Below are positions 55,566 through 64,000 of a DNA stretch of 64,000 bases, piece by piece; position 1 is the stretch's first letter, and every line of letters starts with the position of its first letter. Under the pieces are notes generated by a model, which was not told the DNA's origin, made no database searches, and worked only from the letters and a program-made list of their open reading frames with translations. The stretch spans positions 3,844,001-3,908,000 of the forward strand of contig OZ176055.1 of the NCBI GenBank assembly GCA_964247055.1. Reading direction: 5' to 3'. The position numbers were made by a program, and so were the translations under genes. The stretch is from Paragordius varius (Eukaryota > Animalia > Nematomorpha).

Positions 55566-56747
55566 ATGGATTTCAAAGGATTTCCTTTGTACTTTGTGTT
55601 ATCGCTTGCTCTCATCGTATGGATTGGCATCATAGTATTAAACACAGGAGTCATATTCTCCATTTTGCGTTGGCATGAATTCGCCCACATTATTCGATTC
55701 AAAATCATTTTATCATTGGCCATCGCTGATATCCTGTGGGCGATTCTAGTCAGAGGCATAGATATTGTATACACTCTTTTGCACGTTTGGTGGTTTCGTC
55801 CTTGGTATTGTGTGATTTGGAGAATATTGGATGTCGCCCTCTCAACCGTAAGTTATATCCATGTCACAGTTTTGGCTTTTGACCAATTATTTTCCATATA
55901 TAAACCGCTGACAACATTTAACGGACATAGAACACATGAGCGCCGTAAATTACTTTACAATTGTCTTCTAGCCGGTGTTTGGATTTACTCATTTGCCTAC
56001 AGTTCAATCGCATGGACTACCAACACAAACGTAAATGAAATTGTTACATCTCATCATTATCATGATGGGGTGGGGATAGGACAAAAAAGGATAATACCTC
56101 ATATAATTTTTTTAACTAAGAAAAATAAATCTACCATATGGACTATTCCAACAGCATCATACAGAATGCTTAACAATTTAACCTATTCGTCTCGCTACTT
56201 TAATTTGTCTTTAAGATTTAACAATATCAGCATCTATTCCGGCCCCGACGAAAATATGGAAAAAAGTTGTCCCATTTTTGTGACCAATACTCATATAATT
56301 ATTTTTGCAAGTTCTTTCTTCGTTTTTGCTATTCTGGATGTCATCTTGTGTGCTCTTCTCATATACATCATAATTAGAGCTAAGAGATCAAAATTTGCTC
56401 GGGAAGCACTTAGTACTTCTATGATTTGTGCCCTAGAACGACAAAATAGAGGCGCCATAAGGTTTGTTTTAGTTATGGTCATAATTTTTTTGGTTTGCTG
56501 GGCACCTTTTTTCTTAGATCTAGCTCTAAAACCGTATTTTGAATTTAATCAACCTGTTTGGGTGCCTACTTTTCTGCTCTGGATAGCTTACCTGAACTCA
56601 TTAATAAATCCAATATTATATTTTTTCCTTCACGTAAAAGCACGTAATAGATTGAAACAACAATTCCAGTCTTTTAGAAGAAAATATCAGTTTAATGGAT
56701 GGAAGAGTTTTTTATATTGCGAAACTATCTCAGCACATAATAAATAA
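55566..56747 (+). CDS. Intronless class A GPCR, biogenic-amine-receptor-like (paralogue B, 393 aa)
   Basis: Same motifs as 40566-41759, including D3.32, DQL, CWAPFF and NPILY; long runs of identical sequence across the TM1-TM4 region. Confidence 0.9.
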   Translation: MDFKGFPLYFVLSLALIVWIGIIVLNTGVIFSILRWHEFAHIIRFKIILSLAIADILWAILVRGIDIVYTLLHVWWFRPWYCVIWRILDVALSTVSYIHVTVLAFDQLFSIYKPLTTFNGHRTHERRKLLYNCLLAGVWIYSFAYSSIAWTTNTNVNEIVTSHHYHDGVGIGQKRIIPHIIFLTKKNKSTIWTIPTASYRMLNNLTYSSRYFNLSLRFNNISIYSGPDENMEKSCPIFVTNTHIIIFASSFFVFAILDVILCALLIYIIIRAKRSKFAREALSTSMICALERQNRGAIRFVLVMVIIFLVCWAPFFLDLALKPYFEFNQPVWVPTFLLWIAYLNSLINPILYFFLHVKARNRLKQQFQSFRRKYQFNGWKSFLYCETISAHNK

Positions 56748-56984
56748 TTTATTGATATTTTTATTTTCTGTTTGTTTTTCGGGATGATTTCAAAGAAAAC
56801 TCTTTCGTTAAAATGAATCTTTTGATAAATATTTATTTATAAGTAAATTATAACGTACATATTGCGTTAGCTCAATTACCATTACACAGCGTACAAAATC
56901 CGGGGGTACAAAAACCATCATGATTATTATTCTGAAAAGGCTATCAAGATGCTTATGCTTTTGGTTTTGGGACTTGCATAAGAG

Positions 56985-57780
56985 GTGGCAAAATTTGCGC
57001 ATATTTTGCTAAATAATATTTTTTTGTAGAATGTTAAAGGCTTCCTAAAAGTATCACTAAAAATATCTTAAATTATATTTTAAAAGCAAATTAATATTTG
57101 TCTAATATAAATTTTAAGATGTTGGCTACGGAAGTTTCAAATTTTTGGCTCCGTCTAAAATGGGCGACTTTTCTTAAAATAAACCCAAAAATGCCGATGC
57201 GTAATAAATAGCTAATTTTTGACATCAAAAAAAGTTTTTTTAAATGGATATTTTGCTTGAAAATTTAGTTTATAGCAAAATTTTAGAATGGCAATTTTGA
57301 CTTTTTGAAGCATAGTGGAAACGGACACTTTAAAATATAAGAAGACTTTTTATTAATAATTCGATGATGGTGAACATTTTTATTACTAATTTTTGATTAA
57401 AAATGTGTATGACTTCGATTTTTTTTATTAAAGACACAGTTTTTATATATTTTTATTTGTTGACAAACATGTCTTTTGATCAAAAATCTCAAGTGATAGA
57501 AATTTGCATCAAATTTTTTATAAAATCTTAAATTGTTTATACAATTTTCATCATGCTTTAAAATACATTCTTGCTTCAACAAAATTTTGTTATAAATTAA
57601 AATTTAAGCGAAAATCCATTTTTTCGAAATTCTTTTTTTGATGTCAAAATTTAGCACATCAAATTTTTTTTGTGCTATATCGGCATTCTTGCGTTTAGTG
57701 AAGAGCTTGCTCATTATAGACGGAAAAATTTTGAGACTTGAACTAAAAATTTTATTTAGCAAATTGTGAGCGACTTTCGC
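56985..57780. mobile_element. Old foldback element with long imperfect inverted arms
   Basis: Inverted pairs TTTTGCTAAAT/ATTTAGCAAA, CCGTCTAAAATG/CATTATAGACGG, AATGCCGAT/ATCGGCATT and TTTGACATCAAAAAAAG/CTTTTTTTGATGTCAAAA occur in nested order. Confidence 0.6.
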
Positions 57781-58426
57781 CATTTACTAATCTGGAGCAG
57801 TTACAAAAAGGTTATATCAATCGTTAGGCCCAAAAAATCACCATGGGAATCATAATATATTTATTGATCAGATTATTTAATTAAGATTTTTTTGTTGCGC
57901 AGTGTTTTCAAAAAGATAGAGATCATAAGCTATAAATTTTTTTGGTTATAAAAAATATAGACTAATCAAATTATTCCGTAAAATTGTAATTACACAAAAC
58001 TTCCAAAGCATAAAGACACATATTTTTTTCAAAGACTACCATATTTTTTGCACCTATTTTTTCAATATTCATCATTGAATAGCAAATTAGATAAATTTGT
58101 AAATTAGTAATACACTCAATTATGATATAATTTTAACCATATGTAGGAAAAATTAGGGATTGAAAAGTATATTTGTCTTTTTTAAAAAATAATATTTGTC
58201 TTTATCATGTTTTGTAATAACAGTTGTTAAATGAAATAATGATAAATTGAACTAAAAATTTTATGAAAATTTTTTTTTTTGAAAATACTAAATGATGTTC
58301 GAATCCCTTTCAAATTTGTTTAATTTTCATAAGTGTCAATTAAATTTAAATTAGTATAACGGACTGCTTTTATACAAAAATTGCAATGTTGAATATATAT
58401 ACGAAATTGATATGCGAAAACCCCAA

Positions 58427-58490
58427 GTCAAATAGTTGTCGTACTGATGAGTGCTAACAAGCACGAGGCTAGTCTGCGATTACTATTGAC
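58427..58490 (+). ncRNA. Minimal type I hammerhead ribozyme motif with mutated core (probably inactive)
   Basis: Stem I 58427-58443/58475-58490; CTGATGA 58444-58450; stem II GTGCT-aaca-AGCAC; GAGG in place of GAAA; palindromic stem III CTAG; GTC cleavage triplet 58472-58474. Confidence 0.7.
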
Positions 58491-59064
58491 GAAGATTTGC
58501 ACATATTATTTAGTATGTAAAATTCCTGAAATTTTCAGTTTAATTTTGGTTATCATTATTTCAGGATTTAACATCTCTTATTTGTCTTGTTTTTACTTTT
58601 TCTATATTTATATTTATAATGTTAATTTCGATTACAAATAGATTATTTATATACTATAATAAAATTAATTGTTTTTTTGCAGAATACATTTATAAAAAAG
58701 GAATAATCCATAAAAAATGAAATATGTTTTAATTATAAGTGTCCATCTAAGATATCGCTAATGATTAAACTATAAATACTCAACTACTTGCAATCATCAC
58801 AAGTCTGTATAATTTCCATAGAAAGATTTTGTTAAAAATGAAAGGGCCAATATTTACAAAGTCTCATTTTAAATTATGAAAATTAACTTGTTCTGCAACT
58901 GTTTCAACAGTAGCATATTTAATATATGTAATTTTTTATACTTTATTATGATTGTTTGAAAAATGCGAATGGTATTCTTGAAACAGTAAATAATCTCTAA
59001 CACAGTATTAAAAAAATTCATGATGTTGTTGTTTAACAATTAGTTTTGATGATGCACTACCTTA

Positions 59065-59600
59065 AACCCAGCTTTTTATGAAATAGTTCTTTATCAATAC
59101 ATCTGTTTTTAGCAGTAGTTGTTGGAAATCCAGATCAATGTTTTTAGCCCATAAACGAGGACTACCGGGTTTATTGTTTCCGGGTGGAATGATGTCGAAT
59201 GAGGTTCTGATTGGATTATCAGGATTCATACAGTCTAGGTGACCGTAGTATCTCATTCTTTTGAATTGGATGAAATTGTCTATTGAGTCCATTTGTATGT
59301 GATTGCGGAAATCTTGGGGATTTAGTTGCGTTGACAGGCGTAGCATGTAATTTTAAGCGCTGATGAAACGTTTTTCTGTTTGTGTTAATACCATGGTTTC
59401 TATGGCATATGTCAAAACTGGTCTCACACCCATTTTATAAATTAAGTTTGTGTATAATGTATTTTAGCTATTGGTATTTTTCCCATGTACGATTTATTCT
59501 GGCATTAAATGCGCTATTGTTTGAGGAATCTGATGTTTTGTCACAAAGATAGGTAAATTCGTTTACAACTTCAAAGCTTGATTTATTAAGGGCGATGCAT
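59065..59600 (-). mobile_element. Degraded RTE-like LINE ORF2 3' fragment
   Basis: EVVNEFTYL, IYKMGVRPVLTYAIETM, KRMRYYGHL and GNNKPGSPRLW, interrupted by stops and frameshifts. Confidence 0.7.
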
Positions 59601-61097
59601 TAATTGGTAAAAGCGTTGCATGATGCCCGCATGAGTCGCATTTAAAATTATACGGAGAGTTTGCCGGTAATGTTTGTACATTTGTGGCACCATTTTTGCA
59701 AAGCAGAAAATATAATTAAATTTAACATATAACCCGTAATCTCCGCATGGGTATTTAATTTTATTGTGGGGTTCGCCCGTTATCAGAATTTTTCTTTTAT
59801 TTTCATTTATTTTGAATTCAAATTTGGTTAGCTGTTGTTACCAATATATATATATATATATATATTATGACAAGAAAATGTATCCGGATTATCATGGTGC
59901 TTTGGGTTTCGATCGTTATGAGTGATTTGAGAAATTTTCGGGTTATATTATAAGTGTTTTCTTAAATTGATTTTTATCGAACTGTTTTAACTATATATCC
60001 AAATAACCTTCTTCTTTCGGATCTATCACGATTTTGAACAACTATTATGTAATTTTATCATTTGCGCTTCAATAGTGTCATTAAACACTTCAAGCTAATC
60101 CTTTAACACTTCGAATTGGTATTTATTTTTGATGTATATAACCGTAAATGTAACATTTTTTATTTTACCCTAATATCTTTATTTATAAGTATTTTATTAT
60201 TTAAAATTAACCATTTTTTATTTAAAATAACTTCTTTTGTTTCGAATTTTTTCCAATTCAACAATATTATTTGGAAAAAATTAAATTATATCGATATTAA
60301 ACTACACGGTTTTTATATGCAAAAAAGAATAATTAAATAAAAATTATGATAAATAATATTAGGTTCAATTATAAAATAGATGAATTATACTAGGTTTGAT
60401 TTATGGCAAAAATTTCAAAAACCAAATTAAAATGTTAAAAAACCAACATGAAATGTTTAAGAGCCGAAACGTAGAAGGACTAACTTGTGTTTCAGGACAC
60501 TCGTAAAGTACAAATGGCATATAATTTTTAATATAGTAGTATATGTTATTTTTTCTATATATAAATATAAAAATGAATGATAATGTGGTATATGCCTGTA
60601 TTATTTTGCGGTACACTACACTTTCTAACAAACATAAAAAAAATATATTTTACCTAAATAATATCATCTAACAAATATATATATAAATTTAACAACGATA
60701 TAAACATTTTCCAGAAGTGAAAACTTAGCTAAATTTAAATACCATTCTATGAAAAATAGCATTCCTAAAAACGAGTTTATAAATTATTTATGCATGTTAT
60801 TCCTTTTATTGCCAAACATATACTGGTTCAAAAATAGACAATTTTTGTTCATTCTAGGGTATATATTTTTTAATGTGGGATGGAATAGAGTATTTTCACG
60901 CAAATAAATCATTGTAATTCTTGACCAAAAGTTAAAATACTCTAATTAGTATAAAAAACAATTTTATAAATCTTAGTAATCTATTAAATGTATTCTTTTA
61001 AAAATGAAAAATTTCTAATATCAAAACCAATTATAACAGCAAATTTCAAATCAAATTTATTAGTAATATAATTCGGCAAAACGGATGCATATTTTTA

Positions 61098-61381
61098 TCA
61101 ACTTTCATTTCGTGGAAGAGAACGTTTAAATAATAATATATGTGGTTCTATATGTTAAATTAAATGTACCTGGTAAATGTATCATATAATGAATCCAACC
61201 TGGTGATTGTTGAATTCCCATATTACGCCATTCTGTTTCGGTCATAAGATGATTTCGTGGTACTAACTTTGCTAGCTCTTCTGGTAATGTTACATGCCTT
61301 ATTTAAGAATAAACGTACAAACCTGTATTCGAAATTATCATCGGCATATTTCTCAGAGTAGGAAATCTGTACTTCTAACAT
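61098..61381 (-). CDS. CKS1: Cyclin-dependent kinase regulatory subunit Cks1; exons 61381-61323, 61297-61170, 61147-61098 (78 aa); missed by the ORF track
   Basis: Spliced product [78 protein letters not shown] aligns without gaps to recalled human CKS1. Confidence 0.95.
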
Positions 61382-62057
61382 TTAAATAATTAAAATATGT
61401 GCCACATGATATAAAGGCTGAACACTCTGGCATGCTTTTTAACCGTCGGCCGTATTCAAGTTGATAGTTTATAAATGGTAAAATATATTTTAACTTTTAG
61501 CCAAAACGTAAAACTGATCAAGTTTTAGTGGGAAAACCGCATCATGTTGCAACTCGACAAATATCACGTAAAACATTTCATTCAGGTTATAGATATTTTT
61601 CTTTCATAGTTTTAAATTTTTTTTTAACATTTTTTTAGGTAGTTTCAAAATTCCGTTAGGCCTTTAATATATAATTGTCTACATAAATTAGATGAGAATT
61701 TTATCATTCCAACCTCTTAAATATCCCAAAAAATTATAAAAGCATAACATCAATTAATATATATCGCCAAATTAACAATATAAAATCCTCCATAGAAATG
61801 GTTTAGCTATATTTTTTAATACCACATAATGTACAAATGCAAAATAATAGACCAGTAGTGCACATCAAAATATTTAAAGCTCCTTCACCATATAATATCG
61901 ATTATATCATAGCTGCTTGACTTATTTGCAGATATTTTTACTCAAAATAAACATCAAAAACTTAAAAAATAATTTAGGGCTATAAAAAAGTAATTTTGGG
62001 GGATGCGGGGTTTTTAATACCACTGGTATAGAGAATAAAATTACCCTTTTGAAATAG

Positions 62058-63182
62058 AAAATTTACCAAAAGAAATCCAAAATACTTCCAAGCCAAAATC
62101 TATTGCTGGTCGAAAAAGAAAAACCACAACAACGGCTCAATTGGATCTCACAAACATGAATCATATTGAACAACCAAGTTTTACATCATCTCACGTATTA
62201 TGTTTGGGTGAAGGGGACGCTGGACAATTAGGGTTAGGCGAAGATATTTTATCTACACGGTTCCCTAAATTATTACCTCTGTTTCAGCAAGAAGTATCGA
62301 ATATTAAAGATCCAATATGTCAAATTAGTGCAGGAGGCATGCATTCTGTCTGTTGTTCGCGAGATAATAAAGTAAGTATTTCTGGTTTGAGTAAAAAAAG
62401 GTTATTATTCAACCATTATAATTTTAATTTTCTAACCTTTCACTCTAAATAAATATCAAGACAAAGCGTAAAAACGAAATGACAAATATTCTTTTATTAA
62501 GTAAACTATACTCTTAATTTTTCTATGTATCTTCTTTTGTGATACATAATATATCGAAATACCAATTTACATCGTCATTTTCTATTTTGCTAATATATAT
62601 GATAAGTTACAACTAAAAAATTAGGGTTTAAAAATATGGTTGTCTTTTTTAAAAGGTGCCCCTTTTAATTGTTACGTTTAGTGTTTAAAGTTTAATTTAC
62701 AGTATTAAATTTTGGGTTTATTTTATTAGAGAAATATTTGTTCTAAAATGCAATGTATGTGTTTTAAGCAAATTTTTTTAAATTAGGTAGGTAGGTTGCT
62801 AGTTAGCCAAGCAGGTTGGATTTTTATGCGATCGTTTTATTGTCTGTATAAAATTCAATGTGATGTCCAATAATATTTTATACTGTATAATTTGAATATT
62901 TGGTTGTAATTATAGTTCAAAATCCACTAATTTTTGTCAATATTTTATACATATGTAATGTAAAATTTAAAAAATATTTTATTACACTTTTAGATTTACA
63001 CATTCGGTTGTAATGATGATGGTGCGTTAGGCCGTATTTGTGAGGATGATTCAGATGAAAAAATACCTCAATCAGTTGCTTTCGATTTCGAAGGCGGTCA
63101 AATTTTGCAAATTACAACAGGAGATTCGCACACAGCTGTTCTTACAAAACAAGGCATGGTGTTTGGTTGGGGATCATTTAGG
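62058..63182 (+). CDS. RCC1: Regulator of chromosome condensation 1, 5' exons (62058-62371, 62994-63182); start exon uncertain, gene continues downstream
   Basis: VLCLGEGDAGQLGLGED..QISAGGMHSVC | IYTFGCNDDGALGR..QITTGDSHTAVLT..VFGWGSFR matches RCC1 repeats 1-2; the N-tail carries basic GRKRK. Confidence 0.9.
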
Positions 63183-64000
63183 GTTTTTTAATGTTATATA
63201 TTGCGTTTTGAAATTTGGTTGTCTTTATAGTTATTTTGGGTTTTTGAAATCAAATATACCTTGGTCGAAAATTAAAATACTGGTCTGACTACTTATAAAT
63301 GTCCTTTATTATTACAAACGTAAAAAGTATAATAAATTACTACTAAACCAAACAAAATAGGATTTGTGTTTTAGCATATCTTTAAATTATTTAATTCATT
63401 CTTAAAGTTATGAATTCTCATTTATTCGGAATTATTGCGATATCAACTATTCTTTTAATCGGATTTTGTTGCTGTTTCATATTTTTGGTATGAAATGGTT
63501 CTATTTTTGTTTTAACTTTAAATTTATAGTGATGATAAATATTTGAATACAGTCTATAATATAAAATGGTTCAAAGTTAGGAGAAAATCATTTTATTTTC
63601 CTTTGTATAACTGGGAAGACCCGTGGTTTCCTAATAGCTGACAGTACTCGTTTAATTCTATGGGAATATTGTTTGTGTTAGTTTAAATGCCAACATTTTT
63701 ATGTTTATTACATTTAGCAACATAATATGTGTTTAAATTTACATAATTATTTCATTATAACCCTTTTTTGGCAACTTTGGTTTTTATTATGAGGACAATT
63801 TTATAACCATAATTGTATTATATTATAAAACTGTAAAAAATTTACGAACCCAATATGAAAACTCTTTATTTCACACTTTTAGTTCGTTACCGAAATTAAA
63901 AGATTTATTGTTAAAAAACATTAATTTGATTAAGGTTATTTTTATAATAGCCAAATTTCTTTTTTTTTCTGATAGCTTTTTTGCACATTTATGTTGATCA

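Noticed and set aside
58297-58307. GTTCGAATCCC tRNA T-loop-like motif
   Set aside because: No D-arm, anticodon arm or acceptor stem in the surrounding poly-T/AT sequence.

Overview
AT-rich, intron-containing animal (invertebrate-type) genomic DNA; no prokaryotic features, CRISPR arrays, rRNA or tRNA genes were found. Splicing exons by hand (GT-AG, phases checked) gives these genes: 3' end of HSPA13/STCH (+), a mitochondrial-type methionine aminopeptidase (-, 6 exons), a RUNDC3-like RUN-domain gene (+, 10 exons), an unidentified vWA-like gene (-), an ADAMTS-like M12B metalloprotease that appears to end in a transmembrane segment (+), a Src42A/FRK-type kinase (-, 9 exons) flanked by two inverted intronless aminergic-type GPCR paralogues, CKS1 (-) and the 5' part of RCC1 (+). 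Transposons: a full-length disabled Ty3/Gypsy element nested in a TTAA-flanked piggyBac-like MITE, four non-autonomous Helitrons, RTE-type LINE fragments, a mariner relic and several MITE families. Most notable: (1) ultra-short 22, 25, 29 and 34 nt spliceosomal introns in conserved genes, alongside kb-scale TE-filled introns; (2) a GPCR pair with aminergic ligand residues but no R3.50, almost no N-terminus and a ~95-aa variable ECL2; (3) a membrane-anchored, TSP1-less ADAMTS-like protease; (4) a minimal type I hammerhead ribozyme fold; (5) an RTE insertion creating an in-frame splice acceptor inside MetAP. All gene models are manual, and homologue sequences quoted are from recall, not database searches.
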